Positions 28,283 through 37,679 are shown, counted from the first letter of the stretch. The stretch: 64,000 nt of DNA from Parcubacteria group bacterium GW2011_GWA1_40_21 (GCA_000996205.1 LBYO01000006.1:1969-65968), one strand, 5' to 3'. Numbers and translations are program-made. Notes: generated by a model from the sequence alone, not told the origin.

Positions 28283-28538
28283 TGATTACAGTATAGCAAA
28301 TGATAATTGTCCAGCAAGCGAAATTTTCCTAAGCACAAAAAATAAAAGGTGTCCGACACCCATTACCCTCTCCCTCATTATTTTGTTGTCTTTAGCTTGG
28401 TTTAACAATAACTTTAATCATAAGTTAGTAAAAATGAGTAAAATTATAACGAAGATTGTGATAGATATTATCGTTACAATAAACCATGGCAAATATGCTA
28501 TGAACGAATTTCGTTTTTGGGAAATAGTTTTTTGTCCA

Positions 28539-28826
28539 TCACCAATCCTTTCTATATTTTTTCGCGTGTTCCTCTGCTTGTTCAAATTCGTAAAGATAGC
28601 CAATCAAACTAATTGGAATAAATACAAGCAAGACAATAAGTAAAACGCGTACACAAATTGTTAATGGCAATAAATTTTCTCCAAATGTTGCAACTACTAA
28701 AAGTGTTGCTGATAAAGCACTGACTTGAGGAAGCAACTTATATCTTTCCCAAACTGAATCTCGTAATAACTCATGAAAAATTTCTAACCTCCTTAAATCC
28801 ATTTCCCGTTTTTCCTCTTGATCCAT
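28539..28826 (-). CDS. Small two-TM membrane protein (possible toxin partner of the Panacea gene)
   Basis: 95 aa, acidic-then-hydrophobic, immediately upstream and co-directional with the Panacea gene. Confidence 0.3.
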   Translation of the reverse strand: MDQEEKREMDLRRLEIFHELLRDSVWERYKLLPQVSALSATLLVVATFGENLLPLTICVRVLLIVLLVFIPISLIGYLYEFEQAEEHAKKYRKDW

Positions 28827-28864
28827 ATTTTAAATAATTATTTTTTTAGTTTCTTAAAAAACAC

Positions 28865-30025
28865 TTAAAATACTTGCCATTTAATCGTGTCTCTACCAAT
28901 TTTCCCAAATCGGTCTCTTACTTCTACAGTCGCCCTGTGCATGCCTCGGCTGTATTGAGTTGTGCTTACATCCCATTTCTGTAGATTCCCTGCAATACTA
29001 TAATTTTCGTCCCAATTAAGACCATCACTGTCATCAAGATCAATTCTATACTCAAGTTCGTCATTGTCTGGGTCTGTCGCTTTAGCTATAAAGAGAAATG
29101 TTGTCCCCCCTGGTGCTGATGTAGGATCGACTGAAAGTCTGACTATCGGTGCTCCGTTTAGAGCTAGGTTTCTCGCTTTTTTGTTTGCCAATATTGGCAA
29201 ATCGCTAATGTTAATAATATTGTTAATACTCTGTATCATTCCCTGGATTTCATAATTTCCTAATTTTACAGCTGTCGGAATTCCCATGACACAAAGATTG
29301 TTTTTATATTCTGCTATTGCTAATCCGCCAGAATTTCCGCTATCGACTTTTGCTGTGACAAAATAATTGTAATCGGGATAGATACTGGTTGGATTATCAT
29401 CGTAAGAAGAGATTATACCATTTGTTACAGTCAAGTTTATTGATGTAACATCACCAGCTTGAGTTTGTGTCATCGTTTGTGTTGTGGCTGGGAAACCAAT
29501 GACGAAGACTGAAGTGGCGAGTGGTAAATATTTTGGACAAGGTTTGAAACTTTCATCTATCAAAGGAACACCATCTGTTACCCCGTTATTATATGTGACT
29601 TTCTTCAATCCAATTATTGCATAATCAATAATCTCATTAATTTCAACTAAAGCGCTACCAATATCCAAATTATATATTGCTCCGTCGGGCTTATCCGTAT
29701 CGGAATTATTTGGATTGTCATAAAGCAATTGACACCTCACCGCTCCCTCGATAACATGATAGTTCGTTAGAAATTGGTAATTATTATATTTCCATATTGA
29801 TCCCGAACCTGACCAACTATTTCCTTTCCCATCATTACATGAAATGTAGCCAACATATTTAAGATATTTGTTGATATTATTTATTGAATTATCGGTCACC
29901 GGCTTTTCTACTGAATAGCTTTGATATTGTCTCACCCCCCAATACCCTCCACCTCCTAAAACTAAAGCGCCAGCGAAAATTGCGATAAGAAGTAGTATTT
30001 GAATAAATCCTTTTTGGTTTGTCAT
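28865..30025 (-). CDS. Secreted trypsin-like (S1) serine peptidase with C-terminal Ig/PKD-like domain
   Basis: Signal anchor; TNYHVIEGA (His), D, GNSGGLA (Ser) catalytic triad blocks; C-terminal DPDNDELEYRIDLDDSDG beta domain. Confidence 0.6.
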   Translation of the reverse strand: MTNQKGFIQILLLIAIFAGALVLGGGGYWGVRQYQSYSVEKPVTDNSINNINKYLKYVGYISCNDGKGNSWSGSGSIWKYNNYQFLTNYHVIEGAVRCQLLYDNPNNSDTDKPDGAIYNLDIGSALVEINEIIDYAIIGLKKVTYNNGVTDGVPLIDESFKPCPKYLPLATSVFVIGFPATTQTMTQTQAGDVTSINLTVTNGIISSYDDNPTSIYPDYNYFVTAKVDSGNSGGLAIAEYKNNLCVMGIPTAVKLGNYEIQGMIQSINNIINISDLPILANKKARNLALNGAPIVRLSVDPTSAPGGTTFLFIAKATDPDNDELEYRIDLDDSDGLNWDENYSIAGNLQKWDVSTTQYSRGMHRATVEVRDRFGKIGRDTIKWQVF

Positions 30026-30099
30026 TCTATAAAATACCCAATATCCTTATTATAAATCTTCGCAAAGGTTTGAAGTTCAATAACATCAACCCTTTGCTG

Positions 30100-30243
30100 T
30101 CACGATTCAACATTGGAAATATGTGATTGAGGGCGCTTCAATTTCTTGGCGACTTGCACTTGTGTCAATCCAGCATCCTCGCGAGCTTTCCTCAATCTCT
30201 CGACAAAGTAGGCGTACTTTTTGGTGTGAATTGACTTGACCAT
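30100..30243 (-). CDS. XRE-family helix-turn-helix transcriptional regulator (47 aa, below the 60-aa ORF-track cutoff)
   Basis: KARE.AGLTQVQVAKKL.....ISNVE Cro/C1-type HTH. Confidence 0.5.
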   Translation of the reverse strand: MVKSIHTKKYAYFVERLRKAREDAGLTQVQVAKKLKRPQSHISNVES

Positions 30244-30269
30244 AATACTATTATCGCCTGTGCAAATAA

Positions 30270-30761
30270 TCAATGAAATTGAAATTTTAATTCCATCCTT
30301 AATGTTTCTGACAAATATTTATTCTTTGAATATTTAATAATCTTCACCTTTTGGAAACCACATCGTTCATAGACTTTAATTGCCCTGAAATTGGTTGGTC
30401 TTACCTCCAAATAAATTTTAGAGATTCCGTTTTTTTTCGCCCTCCCAATAAGAATCTTGATTGCTCTTGAGCCAAGGCCTTTACTCCAATATTTTTTCTC
30501 TCCAATTACAATCTGCGTTTCGTGCCAATCATTTTGCTTTTTAACTAATGATATATGACCAATAACTTCTTTGTCCGCAATCACCATAAAATTATAATCA
30601 TTTTTGTTGTTTAGTATCGCCTGAAAATATTTATTAACTTCTTGATCTGAAATCATTTTTAGAATACCGCTTGTCAATTTAAGCAGTCCTTTGTCCCTCC
30701 ACCATTTCGCAAAATAATTTTTGTCAGACGGCTTGATTTTTCTCAAGTGAATTTTAATCAT
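30270..30761 (-). CDS. GNAT-family N-acetyltransferase
   Basis: QIVIGEKKYWSKGLGSRAI...VYERCGF acetyl-CoA binding motif A/B. Confidence 0.8.
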   Translation of the reverse strand: MIKIHLRKIKPSDKNYFAKWWRDKGLLKLTSGILKMISDQEVNKYFQAILNNKNDYNFMVIADKEVIGHISLVKKQNDWHETQIVIGEKKYWSKGLGSRAIKILIGRAKKNGISKIYLEVRPTNFRAIKVYERCGFQKVKIIKYSKNKYLSETLRMELKFQFH

Positions 30762-30786
30762 AAATAAAAAAATAGGGCTGAGAGCA

Positions 30787-30820
30787 GTATATCACTTTCT
30801 CTCAGCCCTGCGCACACTTC
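30787..30820 (-). terminator. Rho-independent terminator (gggctgagag...ctctcagccc + T7 on minus strand)
   Basis: 10-bp perfect stem 8 nt after the small-peptide stop, followed by ttttttt on the minus strand. Confidence 0.65.
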
Positions 30821-30827
30821 CACTTGA

Positions 30828-30926
30828 TTAGTGGCAGTTGCTAGGTCGCCGACAAGTGCAGAGCACCTTCCTCTTTGGAAGACTCTTCACCGTCAGATTC
30901 AGACTTTTCTTCATCTGCGACTTCAT
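30828..30926 (-). CDS. Candidate Cys-rich precursor peptide (MKSQMKKSLNLTVKSLPKRKVLCTCRRPSNCH), below the 60-aa ORF-track cutoff
   Basis: Strong SD aagggggtga 7 nt upstream of ATG; 36 nt downstream of radical-SAM stop; terminator immediately after; basic leader and C-terminal CxC...CH. Confidence 0.35.
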   Translation of the reverse strand: MKSQMKKSLNLTVKSLPKRKVLCTCRRPSNCH

Positions 30927-30962
30927 TGCTATCACCCCCTTTCTGTCTAATTTAGTTTGAAA

Positions 30963-32381
30963 TCACGCCAACGCAGTTTCGGTATCTATTTCTCGAAGTT
31001 GTTCGGTGAGAAGTTCGCAAGTCATTTGACGATAGAAATCACACATCCGTTCAATTTTCGCGGTGTTGGTTGCGCGAGAGAATTCTTGAGTAATCACGCA
31101 CCCTCCTCCGCATTGGCCTTCAATCATACATCCTTTGCACATTTTCATCGTGCCTGTTAGATGTTCACGAACAAAATTGGAGTATCGGCTATCAGAAGCG
31201 CAGAACGACTCGATTTGAGAAATTGTTCCGAGCCGTGTCGCGCTATAACCGCATCCGTAAATATCCCCTGAAGGACTAACGCACATATTATTTCCCCGAA
31301 CCATTCCACAGAATGCGACATGCGAATCCAGCGTTGAATCATTTAGATTCTCGGCTGGTCTGGACCAAAAACCGGCAATTTCAATATCGAGATTTTTGGC
31401 ATATTGCCGTAAATACATTAATTTACCGACAATATTTTTAATTGGTGTTTGAACCATACCGATAATATCAATATCGATTCGAACTTCCTTCATGTCTCGG
31501 TCATTAGCCCAATCAATTATTTTTTCATCTATGAACTGGAAATTCCAATCGTTGATCGTGACGGCTATACCCTTCATTGGATAACCTTTTTCTGCCAGAT
31601 TTTCAAATCCTTGCGTAATGATTTCAAATGTACCACCTCCGGATTTTGTAAGTCTTACAAGATCGTTACCATCACGAAGACCATCTAGACTTGATGCTAT
31701 TTCTACATTATATTCTTTAAGTTTTTCCGCGATTTTGGGAGTAATCAAAGAGGCATTTGTGTTGATTGAAAAACAAAAATCAAACTCTCTGCCGTAATTC
31801 AATTGACAATATTCAAGCACTTGCTCGATTACTTCCCACGCAAGAATAGGTTCACCTCCTCCAAAATTTATTTCCGCTATCTTTTTACTGTGCTTTCGTA
31901 AAATCTTTAGATATTTTTCTATTGTTTCTTTTGCAATCTCGAAATTCATGAATTTTTTCGGATTTTTTACCCTATCAGACATTTCGAGATTATTAAAGTG
32001 AACGCAATACGAACATCGAAAATTGCACGCCTCGGACATAATGAGTTCAAGGTAATTGATAAGAGATCCGTCATTGATGAATTTTTCTCGCCCTTTCATA
32101 TGCTTCGCAAGAAACTTTCTTTCGTCAAAATATCTCGGGATAAGATAGTAACTTTCAATCAAATCTTGGATGGCTTTTCTGCTATTTTTGTCGCATTTGT
32201 ATTCATCAAGAACAGAATTGAGCTGATGCGGACTGGAGAAAACATCAAGGAAGGATAATATTTCCGTTGAAACAATTTTGGGATTTCCAAAAAGAGAATG
32301 CCAAATTATTGCTTTATCTTTACTTTTAACTATTTGAATAAACTGCGATTTGATCAGGGTTTTATCTTTTGTAGTTAACAT
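30963..32381 (-). CDS. Radical SAM/SPASM-domain peptide-modifying enzyme with roughly 110-aa N-terminal extension
   Basis: CNFRCSYC (CxxxCxxC) at aa about 118; C-terminal SPASM motif CKGCMIEGQCGGGCV (Cx2Cx5Cx3C) plus upstream Cys pairs. Confidence 0.85.
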   Translation of the reverse strand: MLTTKDKTLIKSQFIQIVKSKDKAIIWHSLFGNPKIVSTEILSFLDVFSSPHQLNSVLDEYKCDKNSRKAIQDLIESYYLIPRYFDERKFLAKHMKGREKFINDGSLINYLELIMSEACNFRCSYCVHFNNLEMSDRVKNPKKFMNFEIAKETIEKYLKILRKHSKKIAEINFGGGEPILAWEVIEQVLEYCQLNYGREFDFCFSINTNASLITPKIAEKLKEYNVEIASSLDGLRDGNDLVRLTKSGGGTFEIITQGFENLAEKGYPMKGIAVTINDWNFQFIDEKIIDWANDRDMKEVRIDIDIIGMVQTPIKNIVGKLMYLRQYAKNLDIEIAGFWSRPAENLNDSTLDSHVAFCGMVRGNNMCVSPSGDIYGCGYSATRLGTISQIESFCASDSRYSNFVREHLTGTMKMCKGCMIEGQCGGGCVITQEFSRATNTAKIERMCDFYRQMTCELLTEQLREIDTETALA

Positions 32382-32542
32382 TTAGACACATCCTTTCGTT
32401 AAGATTATGATTCTATAGTTTATAAAAGAGCTTATATTACTGATTTGTTTATATCACCATTTGTCTGAAAATGTCAATTACAATTCAAAATCTTGATATT
32501 ATAAAATTTTCTACGCAACAATTTTAGCTCGCTCTTATAACT

Positions 32543-33145
32543 TCAGTAATCATGCATAATTTTCTTAAAATTCTCCTCCGCGACATCCCAATTTATATTT
32601 TCAAAAAAGGCTGAGATGTATTCTTTTTTTTGAGAGGGGAGATAGTCAATCATAAAGCTATGCTCCCACATATCGATTCCCATTATGAAAGAGAGACCTG
32701 AGAGATTACCGAGGTGGTGTTCGTCAACCCATGCGTTGAGCAGGCTTTTTGTTTGCGGGTCATAGAATAAAACTGCCCAGCCGATGCCGCGAGTCGTGGC
32801 GACTGTCTTGAATCGGGTAAGCCAATTTTCAAAACTGCCCCAAGTTTCAGTAATTTTTTCTCTAAGTGGGCTTTTGTCGTCCAAAGATTTCGCTCCGCCT
32901 TCGAGTAAGCGGAAATAATATTCGTGATTCCTCATCCCGCAAAACTCAAAACCAAAACGCCTTTGAAGCTCGCTTGTCGCATAAGCGTTTTTCTCTGCAT
33001 CTTTGGGCATTTCTTCAATCTTTTCAAGAATCAAATTGGAATTTTTCACATATCCGGCATAGAGCTTGAGATGCTCCTCAATATTCTTCGCCGATATTCC
33101 TTTCAAGACAGGTAAATCAAATTTTATTTCTTCAAATTTTTTCAT
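32543..33145 (-). CDS. sodA: Fe/Mn superoxide dismutase
   Basis: LPYAY..LEPHI-like N-terminus, H...H, WEHAYY-like (MWEHSFMIDY) and D..H metal ligands. Confidence 0.9.
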   Translation of the reverse strand: MKKFEEIKFDLPVLKGISAKNIEEHLKLYAGYVKNSNLILEKIEEMPKDAEKNAYATSELQRRFGFEFCGMRNHEYYFRLLEGGAKSLDDKSPLREKITETWGSFENWLTRFKTVATTRGIGWAVLFYDPQTKSLLNAWVDEHHLGNLSGLSFIMGIDMWEHSFMIDYLPSQKKEYISAFFENINWDVAEENFKKIMHDY

Positions 33146-33199
33146 AATTTTATGTTAGACTATTGATAATAGAAAAATTGTATCATAAGCGAGAATATG

Positions 33200-33264
33200 A
33201 TTTATGCAATTGCATAAATATAAATGGTACATAATTTCAGCTATCGCTGAAATTATGTACCATT
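33200..33264. promoter_or_regulatory. Two adjacent perfect palindromes in the divergent sod / MBL-gene control region
   Basis: atttatgcaattgcataaat (20 bp) and aatggtacataatttcagc-tatc-gctgaaattatgtaccatt (19-bp arms). Confidence 0.4.
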
Positions 33265-33314
33265 TTATAGGTGTCTAGTTATAATTAGAAAAGAAATAGG
33301 TATTAATTCAAATT

Positions 33315-34166
33315 ATGACATCGTCCAATAAATTCAAGTTTTATTTTTTGCTCGGATTTTTGGCGGTTAATATTTTCATCTGGCATACGGTCGTGATGGA
33401 AGACAGGCGGGGGATGCTGAAAGTTTCATTTTTGGATATCGGGCAGGGTGATGCGATTTTTATAGAAGCACCGAATGGCAATCAGGTCTTGATTGATGGT
33501 GGGTCAAATAGAGCGGTATTGAAAGAGCTCGGCAAGGTGATGCCTTTTTACGACAGGACGATTGACGCGGTGATTGCCACCCATCCGGATAAAGACCACA
33601 TCGGCGGGCTGGTTGAAGTATTAAAAAATTATCGCGCGGATATGGTGATGGAGCCGGGCGTTTCTTCCGACACCGGTGTCTATCAAGAATTGGAGAAAAC
33701 CATTGCTGACAAAAAATTACCAAGAATATTGGCGAGAAGAGGAATATCGCTTAATCTGGGTGATGGCGCGCGGCTCAATATTTTATTTCCCGACAGAGAC
33801 ACAGACGAATGGGAGACCAACACCGCTTCAATCGTGGCGAAGCTCGTTTACGGCAACAATTCTTTCCTCCTCACGGGCGATTCGCCGACAGCGATAGAAA
33901 ATTATTTGTCTATGATTGACGGGCGAAATTTAAAAAGCGATGTCTTGAAAGCGGGTCACCACGGCTCCCGAACATCCACTTCGGAATCTTTCGCCAACCT
34001 CGTGTCTCCGGAGTACGCGGTCATCTCCGCCGGCAAAAACAACCAATACGGTCATCCGCACAAAGAAGTGCTAGACATTCTGGAGAAAATAAAATCTGTA
34101 ATACTTAAAACTTACGAAAATGGGACGATTTCGTTTAGTTCGGACGGGGAGCGGATTAGGTTTTAG
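33315..34166 (+). CDS. Metallo-beta-lactamase-fold ComEC C-terminal-domain protein (stand-alone)
   Basis: LDIGQGDAIFI, HPDKDHIGG (HxHxDH), LKAGHHGSRTS blocks of ComEC MBL domain; N-terminal TM anchor. Confidence 0.8.
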   Translation: MTSSNKFKFYFLLGFLAVNIFIWHTVVMEDRRGMLKVSFLDIGQGDAIFIEAPNGNQVLIDGGSNRAVLKELGKVMPFYDRTIDAVIATHPDKDHIGGLVEVLKNYRADMVMEPGVSSDTGVYQELEKTIADKKLPRILARRGISLNLGDGARLNILFPDRDTDEWETNTASIVAKLVYGNNSFLLTGDSPTAIENYLSMIDGRNLKSDVLKAGHHGSRTSTSESFANLVSPEYAVISAGKNNQYGHPHKEVLDILEKIKSVILKTYENGTISFSSDGERIRF

Positions 34167-34221
34167 GTAGTAGGTATAGTAGGTGGTAGGCGGTATGGAA
34201 GAGGAAAAAACAACAAAAAAA

Positions 34222-34446
34222 CTAAAAAAGTTTTTCGATCTCATCTCTTTCAATTCCGGCTTGCTTTAAAATGCTTAAAATCGTACCCTTGGGCAAATCT
34301 CTGGTGTGATAAGGAATAGTTACTCGTCTTTTACGCTCCTTGTTATAAAAAATATAATGACTTCCTGTTTTATGATCCAATTGAAAACCTAATTTTTCAA
34401 TCATTTTAATTAACCTCTTTGGGGTTAAAACCGGCAATTTAGGCAT
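34222..34446 (-). CDS. hicA: HicA-family toxin (mRNA interferase)
   Basis: KLGFQLDHKTGSHYIF...VTIPYH...LPKGTILSILKQAGI. Confidence 0.75.
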   Translation of the reverse strand: MPKLPVLTPKRLIKMIEKLGFQLDHKTGSHYIFYNKERKRRVTIPYHTRDLPKGTILSILKQAGIERDEIEKLF

Positions 34447-34687
34447 AGATGATTTTTTTAGTTTCTATGTTTACTGTGGTTACAAAGTTATCAATATCAG
34501 AAGGAATTGATTCTTTGTGTTTTTTAAGGCTATAAATATAGCCCTTAATGGCATCTTTCGCCATCATCTTCGCTTCCTCAAGATTTTTTCCGTAAGTGAT
34601 GCAACCCGGCAGGCTTGGAACAAGCACAGTAAAACCTCCCTCTTGTTCAGGTCTGAATATCAAATTATAATGCAATGTTTTTGTCAT
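34439..34687 (-). CDS. hicB: HicB-family antitoxin
   Basis: YNLIFRPEQEGGFTVLVPSLPGCITYGKNLEEA UPF0150 pattern; 8-nt overlap with hicA. Confidence 0.75.
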   Translation of the reverse strand: MTKTLHYNLIFRPEQEGGFTVLVPSLPGCITYGKNLEEAKMMAKDAIKGYIYSLKKHKESIPSDIDNFVTTVNIETKKIIYA

Positions 34688-34918
34688 GCTTCAATACTAT
34701 AACCAGATGACTCAAAAATCAATGATGTTGGACACCGAGTGTCCAACAGAATCACAGCTATCAGCTTTTAGGTTTTAGCTTTTAAAATTCCAAGAGAGCC
34801 TTTGAAATTTTAAAAAGATTGGTTTACTCAAGAAATTTGATAAAAAGCGCTTAAAATGCTAGTTTTAAAAAAGAAAGTTATTTAATTTGTTGTTTGAAAT
34901 TTTATAGGAGGATTGATA

Positions 34919-35581
34919 ATGCGTTATTATCGCTGTTCTATTTTTAACAGATTTGACCGTTTGGTGGGAAAACTAAATGATGAAACGGATCCTTACGGTT
35001 CGCTTATTAAACAGGGAAAAGCTACAGATGTTGAAAAGAGATCTTTGGAGGTCTACATTAAGGGAATGGCTGTGCTAAAGCATAGGTATTTCTACTACAA
35101 AAAGATAATTTTAGGAAAGATAGGATACTCACAAGAAATGGGAACAGAGTCTACTTACAAAAGCAGGGCTGTATCTGCATTGAAGGCGTGTCATACTAGA
35201 GGGTGCGAAATAAAAGAGGATTTCAATATTTTGATAACTATTGAAATTCCACAGAGGTATAAAGGCGACTTAGAGACATTGTTTAAGCTTCAAGAAAAGA
35301 AGAAAGAAGAAAAGAGTAAGTTTATGAAAGAGTGCCTTGATATCGCCGTCTCTTCTTATCATGTTTTTGAAAGTATAGAAAATAGCATTGTCTCCGATTG
35401 TGAGATGCTCCGTTTTTGTGTTTGTAAGGAGGACGATATGCCCCCATACTTACATGGGTGTATGGAAAAGGGGAAGGATATCCTGATGTTGGACAAAGAG
35501 GAACAAGAGAAGATGTGGAATGAAGCGATGGAGAAAACCGGCGAATTCATCGGCTCGCTCATTAAAAACAAGAGGGGGTGA
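34919..35581 (+). CDS. Hypothetical Cys-containing protein
   Basis: Strong SD aggagga 7 nt upstream; terminator hairpin at 35600-35628. Confidence 0.5.
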   Translation: MRYYRCSIFNRFDRLVGKLNDETDPYGSLIKQGKATDVEKRSLEVYIKGMAVLKHRYFYYKKIILGKIGYSQEMGTESTYKSRAVSALKACHTRGCEIKEDFNILITIEIPQRYKGDLETLFKLQEKKKEEKSKFMKECLDIAVSSYHVFESIENSIVSDCEMLRFCVCKEDDMPPYLHGCMEKGKDILMLDKEEQEKMWNEAMEKTGEFIGSLIKNKRG

Positions 35582-35651
35582 AAAAATCTCTCGAAAAAAA
35601 GAGGTAGAGATTGAAAAATCTTTACCTCTTTATATATAAGCCACTATTCAT

Positions 35652-35894
35652 CTAAACAAGCCCCGCTTTCTTAAGAGTGGCATAGGCGCCATTTTTTTGG
35701 ATGGTTTTGATTGCTTTGGCAGAGAGAGTGAGAATGATAAATTTGTTCAACTCGGGAATGAAAATCCTTTTTTTCTGCATATTGGCATACTTCCTGACTT
35801 TTCCTGTCGGGTTGAATTGCGTGGCGCGAGTGCGGTTGCTATAACCGCCGGCGACGAGAGAGCTTTTTTTAGTTATGGGACAAATTTTTGCCAT
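35652..35894 (-). CDS. rpmB: 50S ribosomal protein L28
   Basis: MAKICPITKKSSLVAGGYSNRTRATQFNP...RIFIPELN matches L28 family. Confidence 0.8.
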   Translation of the reverse strand: MAKICPITKKSSLVAGGYSNRTRATQFNPTGKVRKYANMQKKRIFIPELNKFIILTLSAKAIKTIQKNGAYATLKKAGLV

Positions 35895-35986
35895 AGATTT
35901 TAATTTAAAATTCAGATCTGGATTCCCGCCTGCGCGGGAATGACAGAGCAGATTTGATTTGGATATGCTAACATAAGTTTTATAAT

Positions 35987-36607
35987 ATGCAAGAAACGGA
36001 AATTATATTTTCAATAATCATACTCATAATGTCGGTGGTTGTGCATGAAGTGTCGCACGGCTACGCGGCATTATTTTTCGGCGACGAAACCGCTCGTTAT
36101 CAAGGACGGCTAACCTTGAATCCTCTTAAACATCTTGATTTGACAGGTTCTGTCATTGTTCCACTTTTGCTTATTATATCCAAGTCGGGGTTTGTCTTCG
36201 GCTGGGCAAAACCTGTTCCGATTAACCCTTATAATTTCAGAAACAGGAAATGGGCGGAGCCGATTGTCGCTTTAGCCGGCCCGCTTTCCAACATTTCATT
36301 GGCGATTGTTTTCGGTTTGCTTATAAGATTCGGAGGATATCTTGGCATATTAAGCCCCTCTTTCCTGTATATTGCCGGCTATGTTGTCATAATAAATCTC
36401 GTCCTCGCAATATTCAATCTCATACCGATTCCACCGCTTGACGGGTCACATCTTCTTTTTTCCGCTCTTTCCGAAAGATACGCCCGTCTCAAAGAAACGC
36501 TTCGCCGTTTCGGTTTCATCTTCGTGCTAATTTTCATAATTTTCCTCTGGCCGTTCCTTGTTAAATACATTTTTTATATAGCGTCGTTAATAACGGGGCA
36601 ACAGTGA
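35987..36607 (+). CDS. M50-family (site-2 protease-like) zinc metalloprotease, small form
   Basis: HEVSHG HExxH in first TM, multiple TM helices, LIPIPPLDGS motif. Confidence 0.7.
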   Translation: MQETEIIFSIIILIMSVVVHEVSHGYAALFFGDETARYQGRLTLNPLKHLDLTGSVIVPLLLIISKSGFVFGWAKPVPINPYNFRNRKWAEPIVALAGPLSNISLAIVFGLLIRFGGYLGILSPSFLYIAGYVVIINLVLAIFNLIPIPPLDGSHLLFSALSERYARLKETLRRFGFIFVLIFIIFLWPFLVKYIFYIASLITGQQ

Positions 36608-36775
36608 GTCAAAAGTCTATAAAGTTCGTAAAGTTTATAAAGTGAGGACAGGAGTATTTGTAAAAACTTGATAACTTTATGAACTTGATAATTTTTAACT
36701 TTTTTGCTTCAGCTTGGTAGCTTAACTAGCCAGAAAAGCTAGTTAATTTTTTTAAAAATAAAATAATTCGCGAGA

Positions 36776-37195
36776 ATGCCGACAATAAATCAATTAGTAA
36801 GAAAAAACAGAAAAAAAGTCAGCCGCAAGATTAAAGCGGTGGCTTTGATGCGCAGTTTTAATACCATAAAAAATAGACCTAGATTTTTCCCGTCTCCTTT
36901 TAAAAGAGGCGTTTGCGTAAAAGTAACGACCAAAACCCCGAAAAAGCCTAACTCAGCCATTAGAAAAATCGCCAGAGTCAGACTAACTAACGGATTGGAA
37001 GTGACGGCTTATATCCCGGGAATCGGACACGCTCTTCAGGAGCACTCTGTTGTTCTTCTTAGAGGGGGAAAGGTGAAAGATGTCGGCCTTCGTTATACTA
37101 TTGTGAGGGGTATGCTCGACGCGACGGGAGTAGAAACAAGAAGAAAAGGAAGAAGTCAGTATGGGACGAAGAAACCGAAAAAAGATAAAAAATAA
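36776..37195 (+). CDS. rpsL: 30S ribosomal protein S12
   Basis: PTINQLVRK...PKKPNSA(L/I)RK canonical S12. Confidence 0.95.
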   Translation: MPTINQLVRKNRKKVSRKIKAVALMRSFNTIKNRPRFFPSPFKRGVCVKVTTKTPKKPNSAIRKIARVRLTNGLEVTAYIPGIGHALQEHSVVLLRGGKVKDVGLRYTIVRGMLDATGVETRRKGRSQYGTKKPKKDKK

Positions 37196-37201
37196 CAAAA
37201 A

Positions 37202-37672
37202 ATGAGAAGAAAGATAAAAAATAAAAAAGAATTGCGGCCAGACTCGGTTTTTAATTCAACCAAAGTCGCGAAATTCACCAATTACATAATGGAAAGAGGC
37301 AAGAAAACAGTTGCCCGCAAAATTGTTTACGACGCTATGGAATTAATCAAGGAGAAAACAAAGACGCAAAACCCGCTAGAAATTTTTGACACCGCCCTTA
37401 AAAATACTGTTCCTAACTTGGAAGTAAAATCAAGAAGAGTAGGAGGAGCAAATTATCAAGTTCCTATAGAAGTGACACCGCAAAGAAAAATAGCCCTGTC
37501 GATGAAATGGATTATTGACGCCGCGAGAAACAAGAAAGGGGCATCTATGAGCAAAAAGCTTGCGGATGAAATAATAGCCGCCAGCAAAAACGAAGGCGAG
37601 GCGGTCAAGAAGCGAGAAAATACCCACAAAATGGCCGAGGCCAACAAGGCATTTGCCCACTTTGCGTGGTAG
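37202..37672 (+). CDS. rpsG: 30S ribosomal protein S7
   Basis: 156 aa, canonical S7 blocks (RVGGANYQVP). Confidence 0.95.
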   Translation: MRRKIKNKKELRPDSVFNSTKVAKFTNYIMERGKKTVARKIVYDAMELIKEKTKTQNPLEIFDTALKNTVPNLEVKSRRVGGANYQVPIEVTPQRKIALSMKWIIDAARNKKGASMSKKLADEIIAASKNEGEAVKKRENTHKMAEANKAFAHFAW

Positions 37673-37679
37673 GTTTGTG

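Noticed and set aside
28188-28643. Plus-strand 151-aa ORF overlapping the 5' end of the Panacea gene and the small membrane-protein gene
   Set aside because: It overlaps two co-directional minus-strand ORFs that make a coherent operon. Its translation is low-complexity. It is kept only as an alternative, not annotated.
35913-35932. GC-rich palindrome ttcccgcctgcgcgggaa upstream of rpmB as a terminator
   Set aside because: There is no T-run on either strand and nothing upstream to terminate. It is possibly a regulatory hairpin, but too little to claim.
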